Source: Terriglobia bacterium (GTDB taxonomy: Bacteria > Acidobacteriota > Terriglobia > UBA7540 > JAPUME01). Taken from it: 64,000 nt of DNA. The stretch spans positions 99,906 to 163,905 of the forward strand of contig CBDEGR010000001.1 of NCBI GenBank assembly GCA_965237895.1, in the 5' to 3' direction. Positions within the stretch are counted from its first letter, which is position 1. Every line of letters begins with the position of its first letter. The notes beneath the pieces were generated by a model. The model did not search any database. It worked only from the letters and a program-made list of their open reading frames with translations, and was not told the DNA's origin. Position numbers and translations under genes: made by a program. Shown piece after piece: positions 8,767 to 19,534 of this stretch.

Positions 8767-11076
8767 ATGAGCAACGAAACCATTACACCGGATATTCTCG
8801 AGCAGCATAATCTGACCGAGGAAGAGTACCGGCGCATCGTCTCGCTGATGGGCCGCAAGCCGAACCTGACCGAGCTCGGCATCTTCAGTGTCATGTGGAG
8901 CGAGCACTGTAGCTACAAAAGTTCCAAGGTGCATCTGGCGCGCTTGCCCACCAGCGGCCCGCGCATCCTCCAGGGGCCGGGGGAAAACGCCGGCATCGTG
9001 GACATCGGCGACGGCTACGTGGCCGTCTTCAAGATTGAATCGCACAACCACCCGAGCTTTATCGAACCTTACCAGGGCGCGGCGACGGGCGTGGGCGGTA
9101 TCCTGCGCGATATCTTCACTATGGGCGCGCGGCCGATTGCGCTGCTCGACTCGCTCCGCTTCGGCCCGCTTTCCGATGCCAAGAACCGCAGCCTGATGGA
9201 AGGTGTGGTGGCCGGAATCGCCGGTTACGGCAACTGCATCGGCGTGCCGACGGTGGGCGGCGAAATCCATTTCGAGGATTGCTATAGCCGGAATCCGCTG
9301 GTGAACGTCTTCTGCCTGGGCGTGGCGAGGAAGGAAAATATCTTTTACGGCAAGGCCACGGGCATCGGCAACAGCCTCATCTATGTGGGTGCGAAGACCG
9401 GCCGGGACGGCATCCACGGCGCGACGATGGCCTCGGCCGAATTTGACGACTCGGCCGCATCCGCTCAGGAGAAACGGCCGAATGTCCAAGTGGGCGACCC
9501 GTTCCTGGAGAAGTTGCTGCTGGAAGCTTGTCTGGAGGCGATGAAGGCCGGCGCGGTGGTCGGGATTCAGGACATGGGCGCGGCCGGGCTTACCTGCTCG
9601 ACTTGCGAAATGGGCGCACGGGCCGGAACAGGCGTGGAAATCGAACTCGACCGCGTGCCGCAGCGCGAGACCGGCATGACCCCCTATGAGGTAATGCTGA
9701 GCGAGTCGCAGGAGCGCATGCTTCTGGTGACGGAAAAGGACCGTGAAGAGGAGATTTTCTCCATCTTCGGCAAATGGGGATTGGATGCAGTCGTCATCGG
9801 TCAGGTGATGGAGGAGTCGAAGCTGAGGGTAAGGCGAAATGGCGAAGTGGTGGCGGAGATTCCGAATGAGGCCCTGACGGACGAAGCGCCCCGCTATGAG
9901 CGTCCCGTTCGGCTGCCTGCGTCATCTTCATCCGCCCCTGGGGCAGGGAAAGAAATCGCCGGACTTCTATCGAAGAACGGAGCCGGAGAGATCGAAACAG
10001 CTCTTCGCCGGTTGCTGGCGAGTTCGGCGTTGTCCGGCAAGCGCTGGGTTTATGAACAGTACGACCATATGGTGCGCACGAATACGGTGGTGGAACCCGG
10101 CGCCGACGCGGCCGTAGTGCGCATCAAGGGTACGCAGAAGGCGCTGGCGCTGAAGGTGGACGGCAACGGCCGTTACTGCAGTCTGGACCCTCGCCGGGGT
10201 GCGATGCTGGCGGTGGCTGAGGCGGCGCGGAACCTGGTGGTGACCGGCGCGGAACCCGTGGCCGTAACCGATTGCCTCAACTTCGGCAATCCGGAAAAGC
10301 CCGAGGTGATGGGCGAGTTCAGCGAGGTGATCGACGGGCTGGCCGAGGCATGCCGAGTCTTCGGCACACCGGTCACGGGCGGCAACGTCAGCTTCTACAA
10401 TGAGACGCTGGGCCGCTCGATTTTCCCCACCCCCGTCATCGGCATGATCGGGTTGATTGAGGACGTGGACCGGGTGATGCACGCGGCTTTCCGCGCCGAG
10501 GGGCGGGCCGTGGTCCTGCTGGGCCGTGACCCGGCGGGGAGCGTCGGTCCGGAAGAGATGGACAGGCTGTGCGCCTCGTTCGGCTCTTCCGAGTACATGA
10601 AGGTTCGGAACGGGACCCTTTCCGGTGAGCCGCCCCAGATCGACCTTGAATTCGAGAAGCGCGTGCAGGACTGCTGCCGGGAGCTGATCGGCGGTGGGGT
10701 GGTCGAATCCGCCCACGACGTTGCTGAAGGAGGGCTGCTGACGGCAATTCTTGAAAGCTGCTTCGCCGGCGAACAGGGCCTGGGCGTGCGTCTGGAAGTC
10801 GAGACCCGGTTGCCGATTGAAATTGCTCTCTTCGGTGAGATGCCTTCGCGGATTGTCTTCAGTCTGGAAAAGAAAAAACTTGCGCCGGGGCGGGAGATTG
10901 CTTCAAACTATGGGTTAATGCTTCCGCAGATCGGAACCACACGGAAGGAATGGGTTGACGTCGTATCCGACAAGAAAACAGTCCTCCACTGCCGGGCCGA
11001 AGAATTGAAGACGGTTTGGCAGTCCGGCTTGGCGAGGCAGCTGGAAAGCCCCGCTCCGCCTTCAGGGTCCCCGTGA
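8767..11076 (+). CDS. purL: Phosphoribosylformylglycinamidine synthase II
   Basis: [25 protein letters not shown]..., [28 protein letters not shown]. About 770 aa, as expected for small PurL. ATG 8767 is preferred over the track start 8671. Confidence 0.93.
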   Translation: MSNETITPDILEQHNLTEEEYRRIVSLMGRKPNLTELGIFSVMWSEHCSYKSSKVHLARLPTSGPRILQGPGENAGIVDIGDGYVAVFKIESHNHPSFIEPYQGAATGVGGILRDIFTMGARPIALLDSLRFGPLSDAKNRSLMEGVVAGIAGYGNCIGVPTVGGEIHFEDCYSRNPLVNVFCLGVARKENIFYGKATGIGNSLIYVGAKTGRDGIHGATMASAEFDDSAASAQEKRPNVQVGDPFLEKLLLEACLEAMKAGAVVGIQDMGAAGLTCSTCEMGARAGTGVEIELDRVPQRETGMTPYEVMLSESQERMLLVTEKDREEEIFSIFGKWGLDAVVIGQVMEESKLRVRRNGEVVAEIPNEALTDEAPRYERPVRLPASSSSAPGAGKEIAGLLSKNGAGEIETALRRLLASSALSGKRWVYEQYDHMVRTNTVVEPGADAAVVRIKGTQKALALKVDGNGRYCSLDPRRGAMLAVAEAARNLVVTGAEPVAVTDCLNFGNPEKPEVMGEFSEVIDGLAEACRVFGTPVTGGNVSFYNETLGRSIFPTPVIGMIGLIEDVDRVMHAAFRAEGRAVVLLGRDPAGSVGPEEMDRLCASFGSSEYMKVRNGTLSGEPPQIDLEFEKRVQDCCRELIGGGVVESAHDVAEGGLLTAILESCFAGEQGLGVRLEVETRLPIEIALFGEMPSRIVFSLEKKKLAPGREIASNYGLMLPQIGTTRKEWVDVVSDKKTVLHCRAEELKTVWQSGLARQLESPAPPSGSP

Positions 11077-11200
11077 TCTCACGAAACCTTATTTTGCCTT
11101 TGATAGATCAAGGGGACATCAATTCTGAATTCCAGGAGAGCCAGTGAATCCTCCCAAACTTGCCGCCCGTACCCGGCCATCTTCCGTTTCCGCCGAACTG

Positions 11201-12592
11201 ATGGAAGACAAATTTCATGAAGAGTGCGGCGTCTTTGCCATCTACGGCCATCCGGAGGCGTCGAAGCTGACCTATCTGGGGCTCTACGCGCTCCAGCACC
11301 GGGGCCAGGAGAGCGCCGGGATTACCACCGCCCAGGACGGCGAACTGCTGACTCAGAAGGGAATGGGTCACGTCGGAGATATTTTCATCGAAGAAGTGAT
11401 GGAAAAGCTTCCCGGGACCTCCGCTATCGGCCATACGCGCTACTCGACGGCCGGAGATACGGTGTTGCAGAACGCGCAACCCCTGTCGGTGGATTTTATC
11501 AAGGGGAAGGTGGCGCTGGCGCACAACGGCAACCTGACCAATGCGGTCGAGATTCGGAAGAAGCTGGAATCGCAAGGAGCCATCTTTCAAACCACCAGCG
11601 ACAGTGAAGTGATACTCCACCTGATTGCCCAGGCAAAGCCCGCAAACCTCCCGGAGGCGATTGCCGAGGCGTTGGACCAGTTGGAGGGCGCGTATTCGGT
11701 GGTGCTGATTACCCCGCAGGAAATCTATGGGGTTCGCGACCCGCGGGGCTTCCGGCCACTCTCCTTGGGCAAGCTGGATGGGGCAAACGTACTGGCTTCG
11801 GAAACCTGCGCCTTTGACTTGATCACCGCGGAGTACAGCCGCGAAGTGGAGCCGGGCGAGATGGTGGTGCTCGACCGCCGCGGAATCACCTCTCTGCGCA
11901 TGGCGCCGCCGGGACCCACATCCTTTTGCATCTTCGAGCACGTCTATTTCTCCCGTCCCGACAGCCGCACTTTCGGCCGCCAGGTGCAGACCAGCCGGGA
12001 GAGCTTGGGCCGTCTCCTGGCCGAGGAACATCCAATTGAAGCCGATCTTGTGGTTCCGGTTCCCGACTCCGGCGTGGCGGCGGCCAGCGGCTATGCGGAA
12101 GCCTCCGGCATTCCGTTGAAGTTCGCCTTAATTCGGAATCACTATGTCGGAAGGACCTTCCTCGAGCCGCAGCAAGCGATCCGCGACTTCGGCGTAAAAT
12201 TGAAATTAAATCCGGTGCGGAGCCTGCTCGAAGGCAAACGGGTGGTTCTGGTGGACGATTCTTTGATCCGTGGCACCACAAGCCAAAAAATTGTCCGGAT
12301 GGTGCGCCAGGCCGGAGCGCTCGAGGTGCATCTGCGCATCAGTTGTCCGCCGACGATTTCGCCCTGTTTTTACGGCATCGATACGCCCACTAAGAAAGAG
12401 TTGATCGCCTCTTCGCAGTCGGTGGAGGAGATTCGCAAATTTTGCGAAGCCGACAGCCTTGGATACCTCTCCATGGAGGGGTTGCGCCGGGGGGTAGACG
12501 ATGCCGACGGCCGCTACTGTGTGGCCTGTTATACCGGCATCTATCCGACGCCGGCTCATGATTCTGATCTGGTGGTTCTCCATCGCCGGTAA
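11201..12592 (+). CDS. purF: Amidophosphoribosyltransferase (Fe-S type)
   Basis: Short propeptide then CGVFAIYGH (N-terminal nucleophile Cys); PRTase motif VVLVDDSLIRGTT; Cys ligands CPPTISPCFYGID and YCVACYTG. The track ORF starts at 11144. Confidence 0.92.
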   Translation: MEDKFHEECGVFAIYGHPEASKLTYLGLYALQHRGQESAGITTAQDGELLTQKGMGHVGDIFIEEVMEKLPGTSAIGHTRYSTAGDTVLQNAQPLSVDFIKGKVALAHNGNLTNAVEIRKKLESQGAIFQTTSDSEVILHLIAQAKPANLPEAIAEALDQLEGAYSVVLITPQEIYGVRDPRGFRPLSLGKLDGANVLASETCAFDLITAEYSREVEPGEMVVLDRRGITSLRMAPPGPTSFCIFEHVYFSRPDSRTFGRQVQTSRESLGRLLAEEHPIEADLVVPVPDSGVAAASGYAEASGIPLKFALIRNHYVGRTFLEPQQAIRDFGVKLKLNPVRSLLEGKRVVLVDDSLIRGTTSQKIVRMVRQAGALEVHLRISCPPTISPCFYGIDTPTKKELIASSQSVEEIRKFCEADSLGYLSMEGLRRGVDDADGRYCVACYTGIYPTPAHDSDLVVLHRR

Positions 12593-12620
12593 TCATTGCG
12601 AATCGATTGATCATTGATCT

Positions 12621-13469
12621 ATGACGAATACCCCGGCCACGGAGACTCCGGTTCCTTCCCGCCCGCTTTGGAAGGCCTGGGCGGACCGCTTTCCCCCTCT
12701 CGATGCCGTCCGAAAACGCTTCGCAGACAAAACTCTCCGCCGCAGGTTGCGTACGCCGGGGATCATCCTCGGAACGATTCTTTTGGTGCGGATCTTTGTC
12801 GTCGAGGCAACGGTGATTCCCACCGCGTCGATGGAGCGGACGATTTTGATCGGCGATCATATTTTCCTGAATAAATTTTCCTACGGTCCGGCCATCCCCT
12901 TTACACGGATTCGTTTTCCGGCGCTGCGCAAGGTTCGCCGTCAACAGGTGGTTGCCTTTCGCTACCCGCGGGACCCCTCGCTGCTGTTCGTCAAACGCGT
13001 GATCGGCGTGCCGGGCGACCGCCTCCGGATTATTCACAAGATGGTGACCATCCACGACACGCCGCTGAGCGAACCCTACGCCTATTTTTCTCAAGAAAGA
13101 ATTCTTTCCTGGCGGGATCACTTTCCTCCGACGGAGGAACAACTGGAGTGCACGACTCAGATCTCGGGGGTTGACCCCTCCTGGGCTCACGAGTTGCGGG
13201 AGTTCATCGACGGGAGATCATTCCTCGTGCCGGCGGGGCATTACTTCGTCATGGGGGACAATCGCGACGGCTCATTCGACAGCCGCTTCTGGGGATTGGT
13301 GGGGGAAGAGTACATTGTGGGTGATCCGCTCTTTGTCTACTGGTCCTATGATGCGCCCACCGAAAAGTGGGTGAACCGGGGATTCGTAAGTCAGATCAAG
13401 TTTGATCTTTCGATCCTGGCCAACTTTTTTTCGAAGACGCGTTGGTCCCGTATCGGCAAGGTCATCTAG
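12621..13469 (+). CDS. lepB: Signal peptidase I (S26)
   Basis: PTASMERTILIGDHIFLNKFSYG (catalytic Ser box), VKRVIGVPGDRL, GDNRDGSFDSRFWG. Confidence 0.9.
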   Translation: MTNTPATETPVPSRPLWKAWADRFPPLDAVRKRFADKTLRRRLRTPGIILGTILLVRIFVVEATVIPTASMERTILIGDHIFLNKFSYGPAIPFTRIRFPALRKVRRQQVVAFRYPRDPSLLFVKRVIGVPGDRLRIIHKMVTIHDTPLSEPYAYFSQERILSWRDHFPPTEEQLECTTQISGVDPSWAHELREFIDGRSFLVPAGHYFVMGDNRDGSFDSRFWGLVGEEYIVGDPLFVYWSYDAPTEKWVNRGFVSQIKFDLSILANFFSKTRWSRIGKVI

Positions 13470-13542
13470 CGGAGCTTCCGGAGGGTTTCCCGCTGCCGCT
13501 CGGTCCGGGATTTTGGAGGGGTCGAGGAACGTAAGAGTTCGA

Positions 13543-14574
13543 ATGCGATACGCCGAGGCAGGTGTGGACATCAACCGCGCCGAACGAGTCAAGAAGCAGA
13601 TCAAACGGCTGGCCCGGAGCACATTCTCGCCGAATGTGGTGGCACCGCTCGGCGGCTTCGGCGGTCTGTTCAAAATCGGCCGCAAGGCGAAGAACGGCGT
13701 CTTGGTTTCGAGCATGGACGGGGTGGGGACGAAATTGCTCGTCGCGTTTCGGATGAACGGGCATGAACGGGTGGCCGAGGACTTGGTCCACCACTGTGTG
13801 AACGATATTCTGGTCCAGGGCGCGCGGCCCCTCTTTTTTCTTGATTATCTGGCGAGCGGCAAGCTGAATCCACAAACGCTGAAGTTGATCATTCGAGGAT
13901 TTGCGCGCGCCTGCCGCCGCACCGGGTGTGCCTTGATCGGCGGCGAGACGGCCCAGATGCCCGGTTTCTATGCTCCCGGACATTACGACTTGGCCGGATG
14001 CATGGTTGGTTATGTCGAGAAGCGGAACCTGCTCGACGGCAGCCGGATTCGCCCGGGTGACACGCTGCTGGGATTGCCCTCGCTGGGGCTGCACACCAAC
14101 GGGTATTCACTGGCGCGCAAGGTTCTGCTGGAGCGGGCAGACTTGAGTTTGAAGAAAAAACCGGCGGGCTTTTCGAATACGCTGGGAGCTGCGCTGCTGG
14201 CGCCGCACCGTTGCTACTCTTCGTCGCTGGCCCCGCTGGCCGAGCGGCGGCTCTTAAAAGGGATGGCGCACATCACCGGCGGCGGCATGACGGACAACAT
14301 TCCCCGCGTCCTGCCGGCCGGCTGCCGAGCGGAGATTCGTTGTGGAAGCTGGCCGGTGCTGTCGATTTTTCGGTTAATCGAGTCGTTGGGGAATGTGAAG
14401 GAAGCGGAGATGTACCGCACCTTCAACATGGGCATCGGCATGGTGCTGGTGGTGGGGCCGAAGCAGTTGGCTGCCGTTGAGCGGCATCTGAAAAAGGTGC
14501 GGCAAAAGTTCTACCCCATCGGCACGGTCCGGCGCGGGCGGCGCGAGGTCCGCTACGTCTCGTTGCAGGCTTGA
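13543..14574 (+). CDS. purM: Phosphoribosylformylglycinamidine cyclo-ligase (AIR synthetase)
   Basis: MRYAEAGVDINRAE..., SMDGVGTKLL, DLVHHCVNDILVQGARPLFFLDY, GGETAQMPG. ATG 13543 is preferred over the track start 13402. Confidence 0.92.
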   Translation: MRYAEAGVDINRAERVKKQIKRLARSTFSPNVVAPLGGFGGLFKIGRKAKNGVLVSSMDGVGTKLLVAFRMNGHERVAEDLVHHCVNDILVQGARPLFFLDYLASGKLNPQTLKLIIRGFARACRRTGCALIGGETAQMPGFYAPGHYDLAGCMVGYVEKRNLLDGSRIRPGDTLLGLPSLGLHTNGYSLARKVLLERADLSLKKKPAGFSNTLGAALLAPHRCYSSSLAPLAERRLLKGMAHITGGGMTDNIPRVLPAGCRAEIRCGSWPVLSIFRLIESLGNVKEAEMYRTFNMGIGMVLVVGPKQLAAVERHLKKVRQKFYPIGTVRRGRREVRYVSLQA

Positions 14575-14595
14575 ACGATCTCAATCCGTATTACA

Positions 14596-15234
14596 ATGAC
14601 CCCTACCATGAAGAGATTAGGCATACTGCTGTCGGGCCGAGGGTCGAACTTTGAGGCCATCTCAGCGGCGGTTCGTGAGGGGCGCATCCCGGCGGAAATC
14701 GCCCTGGTTGTCAGCAATCGGGCGCAGGCGGCGGGGCTGGAAAAGGCCAGGAAGTTGGGGTATGAGACGCTCTGTATCCCCTCCCAGGGCCGCAAGCGGG
14801 AAGAGTACGACGGCGACGTGGTGAAGGCGCTGCAGGCGCATCAGGTGGAAATCGTCTGCCTGGCGGGTTTTATGCGCCTCTTAAGCTCGGTATTCATTCA
14901 GGCATTTCCGAACCGAATCCTGAACATCCACCCCTCGCTGCTGCCGGCGTTTCCGGGGCTGGACGGCCAGCGGCAGGTGCTCGAGTGGGGAGCAAAATTC
15001 AGCGGCTGCACGGTTCACCTTGCCGACGAATCGCTCGACGGCGGGCCGATTATCTTGCAGGCCGTGGTGCCGGTTCTGCCGGACGACACCCCCGAGACGC
15101 TTTCGGCGCGCATCCTCGAGGAGGAGCATCGAATCTATCCCGAGGCGGTGCGATTGTTGGTGGAAGATCGTGTCCGCATCGAAAGCGATGGCCGGCGGGC
15201 CGTTATTTTGGAAAGCTCTCGTATCAGTTCATGA
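14596..15234 (+). CDS. purN: Phosphoribosylglycinamide formyltransferase
   Basis: [54 protein letters not shown]. Confidence 0.9.
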   Translation: MTPTMKRLGILLSGRGSNFEAISAAVREGRIPAEIALVVSNRAQAAGLEKARKLGYETLCIPSQGRKREEYDGDVVKALQAHQVEIVCLAGFMRLLSSVFIQAFPNRILNIHPSLLPAFPGLDGQRQVLEWGAKFSGCTVHLADESLDGGPIILQAVVPVLPDDTPETLSARILEEEHRIYPEAVRLLVEDRVRIESDGRRAVILESSRISS

Positions 15235-16457
15235 GAGAAAGATCCCTGAAAGAACAGATCGCCTACCTGAGCAAGGGGGCCGACGAGATCATCCGTCCCG
15301 AGGAGATGGAGGCGAAGCTCCGCCGCTCTGCTGAGACCGGCAAACCGCTTACCATCAAAACCGGATTCGATCCGACCGCGCCCGACATTCACCTGGGCCA
15401 CACCGTCCTGCTGCGTAAGATGAAGCACTTTCAGGACCTCGGGCACACGGTGATCTTCCTGATCGGTGATTTTACGGGAATGATCGGCGACCCCTCCGGC
15501 CAGTCGGTAACGCGCAAGGCGATGACGCGCGAGCAGGTGGAAGCGAACGCCGAGACCTATAAGAAGCAGGTCTTTAAAATTCTGGACGAAGAGAAGACCG
15601 TCGTCGAATTCAACAGCTGGTGGCTTTCGCCGATGACCGGAGAAGATTGGATCAATCTCTGCTCGAAATATACGGTAGCTCGGATGCTGGAGCGGGAAGA
15701 CTTCGCCGAGCGGCTCCGGACCCAGAAGCCGATCGCCGTTCATGAACTGCTCTACCCGCTGGCGCAGGGTTACGATTCGGTATCGCTCAAGGCGGACTTC
15801 GAGCTCGGTGGCTGCGACCAGCGGCTCAATCTGCTGGTGGGCCGCGAGTTGCAGCGCGAGTATGGGCAGGAGCCGCAGGTAATTTTAACCATGCCGCTGC
15901 TCGAAGGCCTGGACGGCGTGCAGAAGATGAGCAAGTCGCTGGGGAATTACGTCGGCATCTACGAGCCGCCCGCGGAGATGTTTGGCAAGCTGATGTCGAT
16001 CTCCGACGAGCTGATGTTCCGCTACTACGACTTATTGACCGACCGAACACCGGCGGAGATCGAGCAACTAAAGAGAGATACGGCCTCCGGCAAGCTCCAT
16101 CCGATGCAGGTGAAGCGGGATTTGGCGAAGCAGATCATCACGGACTTCCATTCGGCCGAAGAGGCGAAGGCCGCTGACGAAGGGTTCTCCCGCGTCTTCT
16201 CCGAGCGGCAGACGCCGGCGGAGATGGACGTGAAGGAACTCTCGCGGTCGAGCGGGCGCGTCCGGCTGACCAAGTTGATGGTGGATACCGCGCTTACCGC
16301 CTCCCACGCCGAGGCGCAACGGCTGATCAAGCAAGGCGGCGTTTTGGTGAACGGAAAAAAGATTACCGACATCAAAGCGGACCTCGATTGCTCCCGGGCC
16401 GAGGAACATACGCTGAAGGTCGGGAAAAGGCGTTACCTGAAGGTGGTCGTTCATTGA
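15231..16457 (+). CDS. tyrS: Tyrosine--tRNA ligase
   Basis: ATG 15231 overlaps the purN stop (ATGA). PDIHLGHTV (HIGH-type), KMSKSLGN, C-terminal S4-like domain ([19 protein letters not shown]). Confidence 0.9.
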   Translation: MRERSLKEQIAYLSKGADEIIRPEEMEAKLRRSAETGKPLTIKTGFDPTAPDIHLGHTVLLRKMKHFQDLGHTVIFLIGDFTGMIGDPSGQSVTRKAMTREQVEANAETYKKQVFKILDEEKTVVEFNSWWLSPMTGEDWINLCSKYTVARMLEREDFAERLRTQKPIAVHELLYPLAQGYDSVSLKADFELGGCDQRLNLLVGRELQREYGQEPQVILTMPLLEGLDGVQKMSKSLGNYVGIYEPPAEMFGKLMSISDELMFRYYDLLTDRTPAEIEQLKRDTASGKLHPMQVKRDLAKQIITDFHSAEEAKAADEGFSRVFSERQTPAEMDVKELSRSSGRVRLTKLMVDTALTASHAEAQRLIKQGGVLVNGKKITDIKADLDCSRAEEHTLKVGKRRYLKVVVH

Positions 16458-16486
16458 AAGAGCAAGGGTGCGAAAGAAGAGTGGAC

Positions 16487-16506
16487 GCGAAGGGAATCCC
16501 CTTCGC
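16487..16506. terminator. Hairpin between the convergent tyrS and 16547..16939 genes
   Basis: GCGAAGGG-aatc-CCCTTCGC, a perfect 8-bp stem with a 4-nt loop. No clear U-tract, so terminator function is inferred from position only. Confidence 0.4.
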
Positions 16507-16546
16507 CGCCGTGATCCCGCCCCGAACGCCCTTCCCGGAATACGAA

Positions 16547-16939
16547 TCAATTGGAAGAGGACAAAAGTTGCAGCGTGAAGACCACTTTCATGCGGGTGTC
16601 GAAGGTGCTGATGCGGCGCGCGGATGAGGTGAGGCCGTTGTGCTCCGCCTGTACTTCGTAATCCGCGGTCTTCTTCAGGCCTGCGAATCGGTAGCGCCCT
16701 TCGGCGTCGGCGTAGACAGCGCGGGTCTCCTTGGTCGTGAGGTTTTTAAGCCGCACGGCCGCCTGAGGAACAGGGTTTTCCGCTTGGTCCAGAACCACGC
16801 CGATCAGGAGTTTTGTCGTCGGCGGTTTTTTCTTTTTGGCGTGGAGTTGATCCGTACCCCACGCGAAGAGTACGGTGACGAGAGCCCCCGTCCAGAGGCC
16901 TGCCCCTAGAATTGAAAATCGTTTCGTCGTTGTTTTCAT
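16547..16939 (-). CDS. Secreted carboxypeptidase-regulatory-like (CarboxypepD_reg) domain protein
   Basis: Start MKTTTKRFSILGAGLWTGALVTVLFAW (ATG 16939), then GVVLDQAENPVPQAAVRLKNLTTKETRAVYADAEGRYRFAGL, typical of the CarboxypepD_reg beta-sandwich. Confidence 0.65.
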   Translation of the reverse strand: MKTTTKRFSILGAGLWTGALVTVLFAWGTDQLHAKKKKPPTTKLLIGVVLDQAENPVPQAAVRLKNLTTKETRAVYADAEGRYRFAGLKKTADYEVQAEHNGLTSSARRISTFDTRMKVVFTLQLLSSSN

Positions 16940-16997
16940 TTTCGTTGTTCCATTCCACTCATACTTGAAATGAGGTATCCCCTCGGACAAAGAAGCC

Positions 16998-17162
16998 CTA
17001 GAGGTCTTCCTCTTCTTCGCTTGCGAACGCCGTGCCGAGCTCAAGCGGATTGGCGCTGACCACTTCGAGCTGCGCGCCGCATTCCGGGCATTCGAGAGTT
17101 TCTCCCTCGGCGATTTCCTCATTGATGGTGATGGATGCCTCGCACCCCGAGCAGCTTGCCAT
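16998..17162 (-). CDS. Small acidic zinc-ribbon protein, LysW/ArgW (amino-group carrier protein)-like
   Basis: 54 aa: MASCSGCEASITINEEIAEGETLECPECGAQLEVVSANPLELGTAFASEEEEDL. Same length and CxxC...CPxCGAxLEVV...acidic-tail layout as Thermus LysW, but it ends ...EEEEDL rather than ...EDWGE. Confidence 0.6.
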   Translation of the reverse strand: MASCSGCEASITINEEIAEGETLECPECGAQLEVVSANPLELGTAFASEEEEDL

Positions 17163-17338
17163 AGCGTTTCCGGTTATCTGAAATAGGCCTTTTTTGATGT
17201 CTTGTCCTGGGCTCTTTATTATGAAAGGCGGTTTCTTCCCATTTGTCAAGGCCGAAGGGAAGTCATGCGGGAGTTCTCTTGAACGGATGAAGGTCCCCTG
17301 GAATTCCCCGGTTTTGGTATAGTGCCCAGATCGAAGAG

Positions 17339-17785
17339 GTGAAAAGGATGAACCGCGAATACCCGGAGAGACCGATGGTGGGCGTGGGCGGAGTCGTCGT
17401 GCGGAATGGGCAGGTGTTGCTGGTTCGACGCGGACAGGAGCCGCTCAAGGGTGAGTGGTCCGTTCCGGGCGGCATGGTCTCTGTCGGTGAGAGGTTGGAG
17501 GAGGCCGTGCGCCGGGAATTGATGGAAGAGACGGGGTTGGTGATCGAGCCGCTTTCGGTTTTGGGTGTATTTGATCGGATTCTTAAGGCCGGCGACCGGG
17601 TGCGGTACCACTACGTCTTGGTGGACTACCTCTGTCGAGCCGTTCGGGGCGAGGCGAAAGCGGCCTCCGATGTTACGGAGGTCCGCTGGGCCGCCACCGA
17701 CCGCCTTGCCGAATTCAAGATTAACAAAGAGACCCATACCTTGATTGAAAAGGCGTTTCGAGAAGGGGACGGACTGAGCCTGTAG
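17339..17785 (+). CDS. NUDIX hydrolase
   Basis: Nudix box GEWSVPGGMVSVGERLEEAVRRELMEETGL. GTG 17339 or ATG 17348. Confidence 0.85.
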   Translation: MKRMNREYPERPMVGVGGVVVRNGQVLLVRRGQEPLKGEWSVPGGMVSVGERLEEAVRRELMEETGLVIEPLSVLGVFDRILKAGDRVRYHYVLVDYLCRAVRGEAKAASDVTEVRWAATDRLAEFKINKETHTLIEKAFREGDGLSL

Positions 17786-17810
17786 CGAGGAGTGGAAGTT
17801 TTCGGCAAGG

Positions 17811-18554
17811 TTAGGCCCTTCGTGGCCGGTAACGTCCCTGCCATCTGTTCCAGCGCAGGCGGAGCAGGTCCAGCAGCATAAGGAGAGAATCTCGTAGAAA
17901 TCGTACCTTGGTCACCGGGCTGTTGTCCCAGCGCACGGGAATTTCGACGATCCTTCCTGCGTAGAGTTAGACTAGGTAGAGCAGTTCCGGGTCAAAACCG
18001 AACCCTTGGCTGGTCTGAAGCAGGAAAGCCACCCTTGTCACCTGGCGATGGAAGAGCTTGAAGCCGCACTGCGTGTCGTGAATCTTCAAGCCGGTGGCGA
18101 GGCGAACCACCACATTAAAAAACCTGCCGGACCACTCACGAAGCAGAGGCTGGTGAACGCCGATCAGCTCTCGCCGTAGAGTGCGGGAGCCGACGGCGGC
18201 GACGGCCCGCTCGCGCTCGACCGCCGCCAGAAGTTTTTCGACTTCCTCGATGGGTGTGGAGAGATCCGCGTCGCTGAACAGAACCCACTTGCCCTGGGAG
18301 TCCAGAACTCCCTGCCGTACGGCGGCGCCTTTCCCCCGATTGATGGGGTTCCCCAGCAATCGGATTTCTGGATGAGAAGCCGCCAGAGCGCGGACCAGTT
18401 CGCTGGTCTGGTCCCGGGACCCGTCATCGACGACCACGATTTCCGCCTCATAGCTCTGACGGCGGAGGTAGGCGAGAATCTTTTCCAGCGTCGGTCCGAT
18501 GCGGGAGCTTTCGTTGTAGGCGGGCACCACCACGCTTAAGAAGAGGTCGGCCAT
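17811..18554 (-). pseudogene. Family 2 glycosyltransferase (dolichyl-phosphate glucosyltransferase-like) with one in-frame TAA
   Basis: LSVVVPAYNESSRIGPTLEKI...EIVVVDDGSRDQT...FSDADLSTP. The track ORF stops at TAA (17967-17969), but the same frame continues LYAGRIVEIPVRWDNSPVTKVRFLRDSLLMLLDLLRLRW... to the TAA at 17811-17813. That continuation is the expected GT2 C-terminus. Confidence 0.7.
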
Positions 18555-18711
18555 AGGTTCCCGAATATAGTGTTTCGGTTGGGGTCCGTCAAATGAGTCC
18601 GGGTGATTCCGGGCGAACACGGAGGGCAAGAGGTGTTTTCAAAGCTACAGCCAAAACTACAGAAGGAGACGAAAGGAGTATTTAAATTTTGGATCGGACG
18701 CCGAAGAACGG

Positions 18712-19395
18712 TTAACGGGTTTCCCGATACTTTTCCGGCCAGCCGTACTTTCCGACCAGAGGGATGAATTTACACGGGTCGAGGGTCCGCGAGACAAGCC
18801 CGTCGCCGGGCCCGTCCCTATTTTTGACGATCAGCTTCAAGTCTTGCTGGGAGAGGGTTCCGACGGGAAGAACCATCCGTCCTCCTTCGGCAAGCTGCTC
18901 GAGGAGGACCTGGGGAACCCGAGGGGCGGCGGCTGTAATCAGGATGACGTCGTAGGGCGCCTCAGCCGGGTAGCCGACGCTGCCGTCCCCGTAAACCGCT
19001 TCCACGCCCTCGAAGCCGAGGCGGGAAAGCCGGTCGTGGGCGCTCTGGTAGAGCGCCGCATTTCGTTCGACCGTGATCACGCGCAATCCCAAAGCGGCCA
19101 GGATGGCGGCTTGGAACCCCGACCCAGTTCCCACTTCCAGCGCTTTTTCGCCCGGCTGCGGCCGGACGGCCTGCGTCATGGCGGCGACAATGTAGGGTTG
19201 AGAGATGGTCTCTGCATCCCCAATGGCGAGGGGTCGATCCTCGTAGGACTCCTCGGCCAGGGAGGGGGAGACGAATTCGTGCCGGGGAATGCAACGGAAG
19301 GCGTCCAGTACACGAGTGTCGACGACCCCTCGGTCGCGGAGCTGGCCTTCCACCATCTCCGCTCTGCGTGTTTCCCAAGGTTCGATGTCTTTCAT
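18712..19395 (-). CDS. pcm: Protein-L-isoaspartate O-methyltransferase
   Basis: TISQPYIVAAMTQA, ALEVGTGSGFQAAILAAL; 227 aa. Confidence 0.9.
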   Translation of the reverse strand: MKDIEPWETRRAEMVEGQLRDRGVVDTRVLDAFRCIPRHEFVSPSLAEESYEDRPLAIGDAETISQPYIVAAMTQAVRPQPGEKALEVGTGSGFQAAILAALGLRVITVERNAALYQSAHDRLSRLGFEGVEAVYGDGSVGYPAEAPYDVILITAAAPRVPQVLLEQLAEGGRMVLPVGTLSQQDLKLIVKNRDGPGDGLVSRTLDPCKFIPLVGKYGWPEKYRETR

Positions 19396-19534
19396 GGGAT
19401 GAGAAAAATTCCTTCCGCGCTTCGGATTCGATTATAGCACTCGGATGGGCTTTCCGATGGCGTCCGAGGGCACCCCGGAGATCGGACCGGTGCGCGTACC
19501 GGCTCTCGACGTATAATGGTTCGGGAGTTCGAAA

